Shown here piece by piece: positions 1 to 7,940 of a DNA stretch of 16,012 bases. This DNA is from a virus. Lineage: Duplodnaviria; Heunggongvirae; Uroviricota; Caudoviricetes. The notes under the pieces were generated by a model. That model was not told the DNA's origin. It did no database searches and saw only the letters and a list, made by a program, of their open reading frames with translations. The translations under genes were made by a program, and so were the position numbers. The stretch spans positions 1 through 16,012 of IMG/VR virus record IMGVR_UViG_2654587792_000008; one strand, 5' to 3'. How positions within the stretch are numbered: the first letter of the stretch is position 1; each line of letters opens with the position of its first letter.

Positions 1-510
1 GTGGCTACGCAGACTGAAGTTGCCAGGCATTTAAGTCTGACCGATCGCCAGCTTCGCAGATTGCAGAAATTGCCGGGTGCCCCGATATCGAATAAGCGAG
101 GGCAACTGGATCTGGATGCCTGGCGCGATTTTTACATATCGTATCTGAGGAGAAGTAAAAACGATGTGCCTGATGGCGATAGCGAAGACGACTATGAGGA
201 GAAATTGCTTATTGCCAGATGGGAACTGACAGCAGAACAGGCTGTTACACAGCAGTTAAAAAATGAGGTGTCAAAAGGAAAACTGATTGACACCGGGTTC
301 TGTATTTTTGCCCTCAGTAAGCTGGCAATGGCGTTATCCAGTACGCTTGATTCCATCCCTTTATCCATGCAGCGACAGTTTCCTGATTTAACACCGCGCC
401 ATCTTGACCATCTGAAAACCCTTATTGCGAAGGGGGCAAATCAGTGTGCGCGGGCAGGGGATAAATTACCGGATTTACTCGATGAATATATCAGAGCAAC
501 AACTGAATAA
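1..510 (+). CDS. nu1: Terminase small subunit (lambda Nu1-like); start at window edge, possibly 5'-partial or GTG-initiated
   Basis: ORF 1..510 (169 aa). N-terminal segment TEVARHLSLTDRQLRRLQKLPGAPI resembles the HTH region of lambda gpNu1 as recalled. It sits directly upstream of, and overlaps by 29 nt, the terminase large subunit, as in lambda. Confidence 0.8.
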   Translation: MATQTEVARHLSLTDRQLRRLQKLPGAPISNKRGQLDLDAWRDFYISYLRRSKNDVPDGDSEDDYEEKLLIARWELTAEQAVTQQLKNEVSKGKLIDTGFCIFALSKLAMALSSTLDSIPLSMQRQFPDLTPRHLDHLKTLIAKGANQCARAGDKLPDLLDEYIRATTE

Positions 511-2410
511 TATGATGGCTGCCGTTTCGGTTGCGCTGCAGCCTCTGGTCAGGGTTGTACCAATGACGGCAGTTGAATGGGCTGATCAAAATTATTATCT
601 GCCTAAAGAATCTTCATATGGTGAGGGAGAATGGAAAACGCTGCCATTCCAGATCGCCATTATGAACTGTATGGGTAACGACCAGGTTCGCACGGTTAAC
701 CTGATTAAATCTGCCCGTGTTGGCTATACAAAGATGTTGCTGGGGGTGGTCGGGTATTTTATTGAGCATAAATCCCGAAACAGTCTGCTTTTTCAGCCCA
801 CGGATTCTGCCGCTGAAGATTTTATGAAGTCTCACGTGGAGGCGACGATTCGGAACGTGCCATGCCTGAAAGACCTTTCCCCATGGCTGGGTCGTAAACA
901 TCGTGACAATACTCTCACGCTGAAACGCTTTTCATCGGGCGTCGGTTTCTGGTGCCTGGGCGGCGCAGCCGCCAAAAACTACCGTGAAAAATCCGTGGAC
1001 GTGGTCTGCTATGACGAACTTTCCTCGTTCGAGCCGGATGTCGAAAAAGAGGGCTCGCCAACCCTGCTGGGGGATAAGCGTATTGAGGGCTCGGTATGGC
1101 CAAAATCCATTCGCGGCTCGACGCCTAAAATCAAAGGCACCTGCCAGATCGAAAAAGCCGCCAACGAGTCGGCGCATTTCATGCGTTTCTATGTGCCCTG
1201 CCCGCACTGTGGGGAGGAGCAGTATCTGAAATTTGGCGATGAGTCCACGCCTTTTGGGCTTAAATGGGAGAAGGACAGCCCTGAAAGTGTTTTCTACCTC
1301 TGTGAACATCATGGCTGCGTGATCCATCAGTCTGAGCTTGACCAGAGCAACGGGCGGTGGATCTGTGAAAACACGGGCATGTGGACCCGTGACGGTCTGA
1401 CGTTTTTCAGCGCCCGGGGTGATGAAATTCCGCCGCCGCGCTCCATCACGTTCCATATCTGGACGGCGTACAGTCCGTTCACCACCTGGGTACAGATTGT
1501 CTATGACTGGCTGGATGCACTGAAAGATCCCAACGGCCTGAAAACCTTTGTGAACACCACGCTGGGCGAGACCTGGGAAGAGGCCGTGGGCGAAAAACTC
1601 GATCACCAGGTACTGATGGATAAGGTGGTGCGTTACACGGCGGCGGTGCCTGCCCGGGTGGTTTATCTGACGGCGGGCATTGACTCGCAGCGAAACCGTT
1701 TTGAGATGTATGTCTGGGGATGGGCACCGGGAGAGGAAGCCTTTCTGGTGGATAAAATCATCATTATGGGCCGTCCCGATGAGGAAGAGACGCTGTTACG
1801 TGTGGATGCGGCGATCAACAAAAAATACCGCCATGCAGACGGAACCGAAATGACCATTTCCCGTGTCTGCTGGGACACCGGGGGGATCGATGGTGAAATT
1901 GTCTATCAGAGATCAAAAAAACACGGTGTTTTCCGGGTGCTGCCGGTAAAAGGCGCATCTGTCTATGGCAAGCCGGTGATCACCATGCCAAAAACCCGCA
2001 ATCAGCGGGGCGTGTATCTGTGTGAAGTGGGAACGGACACCGCAAAAGAAATTCTCTATGCCCGTATGAAAGCCGATCCCACGCCTGCGGATGAAGCCAC
2101 GTCGTATGCCATCCGTTTTCCTGATGATCCGGAGATTTTTTCGCAGACAGAGGCGCAGCAACTGGTGGCGGAAGAGCTGGTGGAGAAGTGGGAAAAAGGA
2201 AAGATGCGTCTGCTGTGGGATAACAAAAAGCGGCGTAACGAAGCGCTGGACTGCCTGGTGTATGCCTACGCGGCATTACGTGTGTCCGTGCAACGCTGGC
2301 AGCTTGATCTGGCTGTACTGGCAAAATCCCGGGAAGAAGAGACGACCCGGCCAACCCTGAAAGAACTGGCAGCGAAGCTGTCCGGAGGAGTGAATGGTTA
2401 CAGTCGCTGA
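482..2410 (+). CDS. A: Terminase large subunit (lambda gpA-like)
   Basis: ORF-track frame 425..2410. Start moved to the in-frame ATG at 482 (MNISEQQ...), matching the recalled lambda gpA N-terminus MNISNSQ. Long conserved blocks shared with recalled gpA include TAVEWAD.NYYLPKES, KSARVGY.KMLLGV, FMRF.V.CPHCGEEQYLKFGD, HIWTAYSPFTTWVQIV, FVNTTLGETWE, SKKHG.FRV.P.KGASVYGKPV and KKRRNEALDC. Confidence 0.93.
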   Translation: MNISEQQLNNMMAAVSVALQPLVRVVPMTAVEWADQNYYLPKESSYGEGEWKTLPFQIAIMNCMGNDQVRTVNLIKSARVGYTKMLLGVVGYFIEHKSRNSLLFQPTDSAAEDFMKSHVEATIRNVPCLKDLSPWLGRKHRDNTLTLKRFSSGVGFWCLGGAAAKNYREKSVDVVCYDELSSFEPDVEKEGSPTLLGDKRIEGSVWPKSIRGSTPKIKGTCQIEKAANESAHFMRFYVPCPHCGEEQYLKFGDESTPFGLKWEKDSPESVFYLCEHHGCVIHQSELDQSNGRWICENTGMWTRDGLTFFSARGDEIPPPRSITFHIWTAYSPFTTWVQIVYDWLDALKDPNGLKTFVNTTLGETWEEAVGEKLDHQVLMDKVVRYTAAVPARVVYLTAGIDSQRNRFEMYVWGWAPGEEAFLVDKIIIMGRPDEEETLLRVDAAINKKYRHADGTEMTISRVCWDTGGIDGEIVYQRSKKHGVFRVLPVKGASVYGKPVITMPKTRNQRGVYLCEVGTDTAKEILYARMKADPTPADEATSYAIRFPDDPEIFSQTEAQQLVAEELVEKWEKGKMRLLWDNKKRRNEALDCLVYAYAALRVSVQRWQLDLAVLAKSREEETTRPTLKELAAKLSGGVNGYSR

Positions 2411-2600
2411 ACTGCAGGCGCTGCGTCAGGCGCGCCTTGATTTATTAACCGGTAAACGGGTGGTGTCTGTCCAGAAAGATGGTCGCAGAATTGAATATAC
2501 GGCGGCTTCTCTGGATGAGCTTAACCGGGCGATCAATGATGCGGAGTCGGTACTGGGGACAACCCGACGTCGCCGTCGTCCGCTGGGAGTGAGGTTATGA
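2394..2600 (+). CDS. W: Head-tail joining / head completion protein (lambda gpW-like)
   Basis: 68-aa ORF with LTGKRVVSVQKDGRRIEYTAASL, matching recalled lambda gpW ([22 protein letters not shown]), which is also 68 aa. Overlaps the terminase stop and the portal start (ATGA overlap at 2597-2600). Confidence 0.9.
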   Translation: MVTVAELQALRQARLDLLTGKRVVSVQKDGRRIEYTAASLDELNRAINDAESVLGTTRRRRRPLGVRL

Positions 2601-4189
2601 AACGAACGCCTGTCCTGATTGATGTGAACGGCGTTCCGCTTCGTGAGAGTCTCAGCTACAACGGGGGCGGCGCAGGATTTGGCGGGCAAATGGCGGAGTG
2701 GTTGCCACCGGCGCAGAGTGCCGATGCGGCCCTGCTGCCCGCGTTGCGTCTGGGGAATGCCCGGGCAGATGATCTGGTGCGCAATAACGGAATAGCGGCC
2801 AATGCGGTGGCCCTGCATAAGGATCACATTGTCGGGCATATGTTTCTGATCAGCTACCGTCCGAACTGGCGCTGGCTGGGGATGCGGGAGACCGCAGCAA
2901 AAAGCTTTGTCGATGAGGTGGAGGCGGCCTGGTCGGAATACGCAGAAGGGATGTCTGGCGAGATCGACGTGGAAGGAAAACGCACATTCACGGAATTTAT
3001 CCGTGAAGGTGTGGGCGTTCATGCGTTTAACGGCGAAATCTTTGTGCAGCCGGTCTGGGATACGGAAACCACGCAGTTATTCCGTACGCGTTTTAAAGCC
3101 GTGAGTCCGAAACGGGTGGACACGCCAGGACACGGTATGGGGAACCGTTTTCTGCGGGCCGGGGTGGAGGTCGATCGATATGGCCGTGCCGTTGCGTACC
3201 ATATCTGTGAGGATGATTTTCCGTTCTCCGGGAGTGGACGATGGGAACGGATCCCGCGTGAACTTCCCACCGGGCGTCCGGCCATGCTGCATATTTTCGA
3301 GCCGGTGGAGGACGGGCAGACCCGTGGGGCCAACCAGTTTTACAGCGTCATGGAACGGCTGAAGATGCTCGATTCCCTGCAGGCAACACAGCTTCAGTCG
3401 GCCATTGTGAAAGCCATGTATGCAGCGACGATTGAAAGTGAACTTGATACCGAAAAGGCCTTTGAATATATCGCCGGCGCGCCACAGGAGCAGAAGGATA
3501 ATCCGCTTATTAATATTCTGGAGAAGTTCTCCAGCTGGTATGACACGAATAACGTGACACTGGGCGGTGTCAAAATTCCGCACCTTTTCCCCGGGGATGA
3601 TCTGAAACTACAGACTGCGCAGGATTCAGACAATGGATTTTCGGCGCTTGAACAGGCGCTGCTGCGGTATATCGCCGCCGGTCTTGGCGTTTCCTACGAA
3701 CAGTTGTCCCGTGATTACTCGAAGGTCAGTTATTCAAGTGCCAGGGCCTCTGCCAATGAGTCGTGGCGCTATTTTATGGGGCGGCGAAAATTTATTGCGG
3801 CCCGGCTGGCCACGCAGATGTTTTCCTGCTGGCTGGAAGAGGCACTTCTTCGGGGGATTATCCGTCCGCCACGGGCGCGTTTTGATTTTTATCAGGCGCG
3901 ATCAGCCTGGTCACGGGCAGAGTGGATTGGTGCCGGAAGAATGGCCATTGACGGGCTCAAGGAGGTTCAGGAATCAGTGATGCGCATTGAGGCCGGACTG
4001 AGCACGTATGAGAAAGAGCTGGCGCTGATGGGCGAGGATTATCAGGACATTTTCCGCCAGCAGGTCAGGGAATCTGCAGAGCGACAAAAAGCCGGACTCT
4101 CACGTCCGGTGTGGATAGCGCAGGCGTATCAGCAGCAGATAGCGGAGAGTCGCAGGCCGGAAGAGGAGACAACACCACGTGAGACGTAA
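2597..4189 (+). CDS. B: Portal protein (lambda gpB-like)
   Basis: 530-aa ORF (lambda gpB is about 533 aa). Conserved blocks include GNARADDLVRNNG.AANA, FEPVEDGQTRGAN.FYSVME, LQSAIVKAMYAATIESELDT, LLRYIAAGLGVSYEQLSR, ARASANESW.YFMGRRKF and GRMAIDGLKEVQE.VM.IEAGLSTYEKE. Confidence 0.93.
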   Translation: MKRTPVLIDVNGVPLRESLSYNGGGAGFGGQMAEWLPPAQSADAALLPALRLGNARADDLVRNNGIAANAVALHKDHIVGHMFLISYRPNWRWLGMRETAAKSFVDEVEAAWSEYAEGMSGEIDVEGKRTFTEFIREGVGVHAFNGEIFVQPVWDTETTQLFRTRFKAVSPKRVDTPGHGMGNRFLRAGVEVDRYGRAVAYHICEDDFPFSGSGRWERIPRELPTGRPAMLHIFEPVEDGQTRGANQFYSVMERLKMLDSLQATQLQSAIVKAMYAATIESELDTEKAFEYIAGAPQEQKDNPLINILEKFSSWYDTNNVTLGGVKIPHLFPGDDLKLQTAQDSDNGFSALEQALLRYIAAGLGVSYEQLSRDYSKVSYSSARASANESWRYFMGRRKFIAARLATQMFSCWLEEALLRGIIRPPRARFDFYQARSAWSRAEWIGAGRMAIDGLKEVQESVMRIEAGLSTYEKELALMGEDYQDIFRQQVRESAERQKAGLSRPVWIAQAYQQQIAESRRPEEETTPRET

Positions 4190-5684
4190 TCTTTCACACA
4201 TTATTGCCGCAGCATTCAATGAACCGCTGCTTCTGGAGCCCGCCTATGCGCGGGTTTTCTTTTGCGCGCTCGGGCGCGAGATGGGGGCATCAAGTCTTTC
4301 GGTACCACAACAGCAGGTACAGTTTGATGCTCCCGGAATGCTGGCTGAAACGGACGAGTACATGGCCGTAGGTAAACGACCGGCCCGTGTTTACCGGGTG
4401 GTGAACGGTATTGCTGTACTGCCGGTGACCGGCACGCTGGTGCACCGGCTGGGGGGTATGCGGCCATTTTCCGGAATGACAGGCTATGACGGCATTGTCG
4501 CCTGTCTTCAGCAGGCAATGGCGGATAGCCAGGTGCGGGGCGTACTGCTGGACATTGACAGTCCGGGCGGGCAGGCCGCCGGCGCGTTTGACTGCGCTGA
4601 CATGATTTACCGCCTCCGTCAGCAGAAGCCGGTCTGGGCACTGTGCAATGACACGGCCTGCTCTGCAGCCATGCTGCTGGCGTCGGCCTGCTCCCGACGG
4701 CTGGTTACCCAGACATCCCGTATCGGCTCCATTGGCGTGATGATGAGCCATGTCAGCTATGCCGGTCATCTGGCGCAGGCCGGTGTGGATATCACGCTGA
4801 TTTACTCAGGGACGCACAAGGTGGATGGCAATCAGTTTGAAGCCTTACCGGCAGAGGTTCGCCAGGACATGCAACAGCGCATTGATGCGGCGCGCCGGAT
4901 GTTTGCCGAAAAAGTGGCGATGTATACCGGTCTGTCTGTTGATGCCGTCACGGGAACAGAGGCCGCCGTTTTTGAAGGTCAGTCCGGCATTGAGGCCGGG
5001 CTGGCGGATGAATTAGTCAATGCGTCGGATGCCATCAGTGTGATGGCCACGGCGCTGAACAGTAATGTCAGAGGAGGCACTATGCCGCAATTAACTGCAA
5101 CGGAAGCCGCCGCGCAGGAGAACCAGCGAGTGATGGGGATCCTGACATGCCAGGAAGCGAAAGGACGTGAACAGCTTGCCACGATGCTGGCAGGACAACA
5201 GGGCATGAGCGTTGAACAGGCCCGGGCGATTCTGGCCGCGGCGGCACCGCAGCAGCCGGTGGCATCCACGCAGAGTGAAGCCGATCGCATTATGGCGTGT
5301 GAAGAAGCGAACGGTCGTGAACAACTGGCGGCAACGCTGGCGGCGATGCCGGAGATGACGGTGGAAAAAGCCCGCCCGATCCTGGCTGCTTCACCGCAGG
5401 CGGATGCCGGACCCTCACTCCGTGATCAGATCATGGCACTGGATGAGGCAAAAGGGGATGAGGCGCAGGCTGAACAGCTGGCTGCCTGCCCGGGAATGAC
5501 TGTGGAGAGCGCCCGGGCTGTGCTGGCTGCGAGATCAGGTAAGGCAGAACCGGTCTCTGCATCCACAACCGCCCTGTTTGAACGCATCATGGCGAACCAT
5601 TCACCGGCAGCGGTACAGGGTGGCGTGCCACAGACGTCAGCAGACGGTGATGCGGACGTGAAAATGCTCATGGCCATGCCATGA
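4179..5684 (+). CDS. C: Head maturation protease / scaffold (lambda gpC-like, S49/ClpP-type peptidase fold) with an expanded C-terminal repeat region; apparent GTG start
   Basis: 501-aa ORF. N-terminus AAFNEPLLLEPAYARVFFCAL matches recalled lambda gpC (MAFNEPLMLEPAYARVFFCAL). Conserved protease-region blocks include NGIAVLPV.GTL, SGMTGY.GI, AGAFDCAD.I, KPVWAL.ND, CSA..LLASA.SRRLVTQT.R.GSIGVMM.H and ITLIYSG.HKVDGN. Codon 4179-4181 is GTG and overlaps the portal stop. Confidence 0.9.
   Translation: MRRNLSHIIAAAFNEPLLLEPAYARVFFCALGREMGASSLSVPQQQVQFDAPGMLAETDEYMAVGKRPARVYRVVNGIAVLPVTGTLVHRLGGMRPFSGMTGYDGIVACLQQAMADSQVRGVLLDIDSPGGQAAGAFDCADMIYRLRQQKPVWALCNDTACSAAMLLASACSRRLVTQTSRIGSIGVMMSHVSYAGHLAQAGVDITLIYSGTHKVDGNQFEALPAEVRQDMQQRIDAARRMFAEKVAMYTGLSVDAVTGTEAAVFEGQSGIEAGLADELVNASDAISVMATALNSNVRGGTMPQLTATEAAAQENQRVMGILTCQEAKGREQLATMLAGQQGMSVEQARAILAAAAPQQPVASTQSEADRIMACEEANGREQLAATLAAMPEMTVEKARPILAASPQADAGPSLRDQIMALDEAKGDEAQAEQLAACPGMTVESARAVLAARSGKAEPVSASTTALFERIMANHSPAAVQGGVPQTSADGDADVKMLMAMP
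5082..5684 (+). CDS. Possible nested in-frame scaffolding protein (lambda Nu3-like) from an internal start within C
   Basis: In-frame ATG at 5082 preceded by GAGGAGG (5071-5077). Lambda expresses Nu3 from an internal in-frame start in the 3' part of C. The product would contain the repeat region. The short 4-nt SD spacer and lack of expression data keep confidence low. Confidence 0.4.
   Translation: MPQLTATEAAAQENQRVMGILTCQEAKGREQLATMLAGQQGMSVEQARAILAAAAPQQPVASTQSEADRIMACEEANGREQLAATLAAMPEMTVEKARPILAASPQADAGPSLRDQIMALDEAKGDEAQAEQLAACPGMTVESARAVLAARSGKAEPVSASTTALFERIMANHSPAAVQGGVPQTSADGDADVKMLMAMP
5125..5684 (+). repeat. Intragenic imperfect tandem repeats (about 140-160 bp period, roughly 3.3 copies) in the C/Nu3 scaffold domain
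   Basis: Protein-level repeats are visible directly: RVMGILTCQEAKGREQLATMLAGQQGMSVEQARAILAAA / RIMACEEANGREQLAATLAAMPEMTVEKARPILAAS / QIMALDEAKGDEAQAEQLAACPGMTVESARAVLAAR / RIMANH... Recalled lambda gpC has a single copy (IMGILNCEEAHGREEQARVLAETPGMTVKTARRILAAA). Confidence 0.75.
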
Positions 5685-5720
5685 AGTCAGTGCTGACCAT
5701 CAACAGGAGGTTTTTACAAT

Positions 5721-6068
5721 ATGGTAACGAAAAACATCACTGAACAGCGTGCGGAAGTACGTATTTTTGCCGGTAATGATCCGGCTCATACCGCCACAGG
5801 CAGCAGCGGGATTTCCTCGGCAACACCGGCACTGACGCCCCTGATGCTGGATGAAGCCAGCGGGAAACTGGTGGTCTGGGACGGACAGAAAGCCGGTAGT
5901 GCAGTTGGCATACTGGTACTGCCGCTTGAAGGCACAGAGACGGTACTGACCTATTACAAGTCGGGGACCTTTGCGACGGAGGCAATCCGCTGGCCTGAAA
6001 GTGTGGATGAACACAAAAAGGCAAATGCCTTTGCCGGCAGTGCCCTGAGTCACGCGGCGCTGCCGTAA
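5721..6068 (+). CDS. D: Head decoration protein (lambda gpD-like)
   Basis: 115-aa ORF with DPAHTAT, TPLMLD, KLV.WDG, AVGIL, YKSGTF and AFAG, matching recalled lambda gpD (about 110 aa). RBS-like AGGAGG upstream at about 5705-5710. Confidence 0.9.
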   Translation: MVTKNITEQRAEVRIFAGNDPAHTATGSSGISSATPALTPLMLDEASGKLVVWDGQKAGSAVGILVLPLEGTETVLTYYKSGTFATEAIRWPESVDEHKKANAFAGSALSHAALP

Positions 6069-6076
6069 CACGTTAT

Positions 6077-6096
6077 CAGGCCACCGCGGTGGCCTG
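6077..6096. other. Perfect 20-nt palindrome (CAGGCCACCGCGGTGGCCTG) in the D-E intergenic region; candidate RNA hairpin
   Basis: Read directly: caggccac-cgcg-gtggcctg, an 8-bp GC-rich stem with a 4-nt loop, between the D stop (6068) and E start (6126). No following U-tract, so not a canonical intrinsic terminator. Confidence 0.35.
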
Positions 6097-6125
6097 ACTG
6101 ATTTCTGAATGAAAGGAACTGATTT

Positions 6126-7154
6126 ATGGGATTGTTTACGACCCGCCAGTTACTCGGTTATACCGAACAAAAAGTGAAATTTCGTGCGCTGTTTCTGGAG
6201 CTGTTTTTCCGCCGTACGGTGAATTTCCATACCGAAGAGGTGATGCTGGACAAAATTACCGGAAAAACGCCGGTGGCGGCCTATGTCTCCCCGGTTGTTG
6301 AAGGAAAAGTGCTGCGTCATCGTGGTGGTGAAACCCGCGTGTTACGTCCGGGCTACGTCAAGCCGAAACACGAATTTAATTACCAGCAGGCGGTTGAGCG
6401 TCTTCCCGGTGAAGATCCGGCTCAGCTGAACGACCCGGCTTACCGTCGTCTGCGTATCATCACTGATAACCTCAAACAGGAAGAGCATGCCATTGTCCAG
6501 GTGGAAGAAATGCAGGCGGTGAATGCCGTGCTGTATGGCAAATACACGATGGAAGGAGACCAGTTCGAGAAAATTGAGGTCGATTTTGGCAGGTCGACGA
6601 AGAATAACATCACTCAGGGTAGTGGTAAGGAGTGGTCAAAACAGGATCGTGACACGTTCGATCCTACACATGATCTTGACCTCTACTGCGACCAGGCCAG
6701 CGGTCTTGTGAATATTGCCATTATGGACGGTACCGTCTGGCGTCTGCTGAATGGCTTTAAATTGTTCCGCGAAAAACTGGATACCCGTCGCGGCTCTAAT
6801 TCGCAACTCGAAACAGCGGTGAAAGACCTGGGCGCGGTGGTGTCCTTCAAAGGGTATTACGGCGATCTGGCCATTGTGGTGGCAAAAACGTCTTATGTGG
6901 CAGAGGACGGTACCGAAAAACGTTATCTGCCTGAGGGCTCGCTGGTCCTGGGGAATACGGCAGCAGAGGGCATTCGTTGCTATGGTGCCATTCAGGATGC
7001 GCAGGCGTTGTCCGAAGGTGTGGTGGCCTCTTCCCGTTATCCGAAACACTGGCTGACGGTAGGGGATCCCGCCCGTGAATTTACCATGACGCAGTCCGCG
7101 CCGCTGATGGTGTTGCCGGACCCGGATGAGTTTGTGGTGGTACAGGTGAAATAA
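6126..7154 (+). CDS. E: Major capsid protein (lambda gpE-like)
   Basis: 342-aa ORF (lambda gpE is about 341 aa). Conserved blocks include PGYVKPKHE, DPAYRR.RII, AI.QVEEMQAV.AVL.GKYTM.G, KLDTRRGSNS.LETAVKDLG, GDPAREFTM.QSAPLM.L.DPDEFV.VQ. Confidence 0.95.
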   Translation: MGLFTTRQLLGYTEQKVKFRALFLELFFRRTVNFHTEEVMLDKITGKTPVAAYVSPVVEGKVLRHRGGETRVLRPGYVKPKHEFNYQQAVERLPGEDPAQLNDPAYRRLRIITDNLKQEEHAIVQVEEMQAVNAVLYGKYTMEGDQFEKIEVDFGRSTKNNITQGSGKEWSKQDRDTFDPTHDLDLYCDQASGLVNIAIMDGTVWRLLNGFKLFREKLDTRRGSNSQLETAVKDLGAVVSFKGYYGDLAIVVAKTSYVAEDGTEKRYLPEGSLVLGNTAAEGIRCYGAIQDAQALSEGVVASSRYPKHWLTVGDPAREFTMTQSAPLMVLPDPDEFVVVQVK

Positions 7155-7162
7155 TCCGTGAG

Positions 7163-7192
7163 CGGGGGCGAAATGCCCCCGTGTCTTTTTTC
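7163..7192 (+). terminator. Candidate rho-independent (probably attenuating) terminator immediately after the major capsid gene
   Basis: Stem CGGGGGC (7163-7169), loop GAAAT, stem GCCCCCG (7175-7181), then T-rich tail TGTCTTTTTTC (7182-7192). A 7-bp all-GC stem plus U-tract, read directly. Confidence 0.65.
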
Positions 7193-7205
7193 ACAGGGGG
7201 ATGAT

Positions 7206-7580
7206 ATGGCAACGAAAGAGCAAAATCTGAAACGGCTTGATGAACTGGCCCTGATTCTGGGGCGTGAGCCGGATATATCCGGGAGTGCCGCAGAGATAGC
7301 GCAGCGGGTGGCAGAATGGGAAGAGGAAATGCAGTCATCCGGCGATGATGTACAGGTTATGAATATGGATATCCGGGAGAGGGAAAACGCGGCTCATGAT
7401 GTTCGTGAGGATACATCCGGTGCGTTAACGCGCATCAGAGTTCTGACCTGCCTCCATCTCTGTGGCATTGATGGTGAAACAGGGGAATCCGTTGAGATTG
7501 CGGATGTTGGTCGGGTGATTCTGATTATGTCCTCAGATGCAAAAACACACGTTGATGGTGGAATGGCTGTTTATGCGTGA
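7206..7580 (+). CDS. FI: Head assembly / DNA packaging accessory protein (lambda gpFI-like)
   Basis: Position between E and FII as in lambda. Start placed at ATG 7206 (MATKEQNLKRLDELA...) with AGGGGG SD at 7195-7200, rather than the ORF-track GTG at 7158 inside the terminator hairpin. Sequence similarity to recalled lambda FI is weak, so the call is mainly by synteny and size (124 aa vs about 132). Confidence 0.7.
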   Translation: MATKEQNLKRLDELALILGREPDISGSAAEIAQRVAEWEEEMQSSGDDVQVMNMDIRERENAAHDVREDTSGALTRIRVLTCLHLCGIDGETGESVEIADVGRVILIMSSDAKTHVDGGMAVYA

Positions 7581-7926
7581 TTTTCAGAATGCCTTTGATG
7601 CCGCCCTTGCCGGGGTGGACAGTACGATTGTTGAAGTGATGGGCATCAGTGCGCAGTTCACCTCCGGTGCACAGCGTGGCGGCGAAGTTCAGGGGGTTTT
7701 TGACGATCCGGAGTCGCTGGGGTTTGCCAGTAGTGGGATCCGTATTGAAGGAAGCAGCCCGTCATTATTTGTGCGGACGGATACGGTTCGTGCCGTGCGG
7801 CGTGGTGACACGTTGACCATTAATGGTGAGACGTTCTGGGTGGATCGTGTTTCTCCGGATGACGGGGGCAGTTGTTATCTCTGGCTGAACCGTGGGCAAC
7901 CACCCGCAGTTAACCGGCGACGATAA
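7573..7926 (+). CDS. FII: Head-tail connector protein (lambda gpFII-like)
   Basis: Start at ATG 7573 (MRDFQNAFDAALAGVD...) gives 117 aa, the same as lambda gpFII. Conserved RGVFDDPE, EGSSPSLFVRTD.VR, RRGDTLTI and FWVDRVSPDDGGSC.LWL.RG.PPAVNRRR. The start overlaps the FI stop (ATGCGTGA). Confidence 0.88.
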   Translation: MRDFQNAFDAALAGVDSTIVEVMGISAQFTSGAQRGGEVQGVFDDPESLGFASSGIRIEGSSPSLFVRTDTVRAVRRGDTLTINGETFWVDRVSPDDGGSCYLWLNRGQPPAVNRRR

Positions 7927-7940
7927 ACGCAGGGTGAATT

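Noticed and set aside
425-481. ORF-track upstream extension of the terminase large subunit start (MRRGQISVRGQG...)
   Set aside because: The extension lies in the C-terminal coding part of Nu1 in another frame. The recalled lambda gpA N-terminus aligns with the ATG at 482.
932-1606. 224-aa antisense ORF inside the terminase large subunit gene
   Set aside because: Entirely embedded opposite a strongly conserved gene. Low-complexity, Arg/Pro/Gly-rich translation typical of spurious reverse-frame ORFs in GC-rich coding DNA. No RBS or start context.
2426-3022. 198-aa antisense ORF inside W/portal
   Set aside because: Embedded antisense to the conserved portal gene with no independent support; judged spurious.
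3077-3583. 168-aa antisense ORF inside portal gene
   Set aside because: Same reasoning: antisense to a conserved CDS, no recognisable domain.
4290-4769. 159-aa antisense ORF inside C protease gene
   Set aside because: Antisense to the conserved protease domain; Arg/Ala/Gly/His-rich, no recognisable domain, no start context.
7158-7205. GTG 7158 as the FI start
   Set aside because: It would place the first 16 codons through a GC-rich terminator hairpin and U-tract. A good SD plus ATG exists at 7206.
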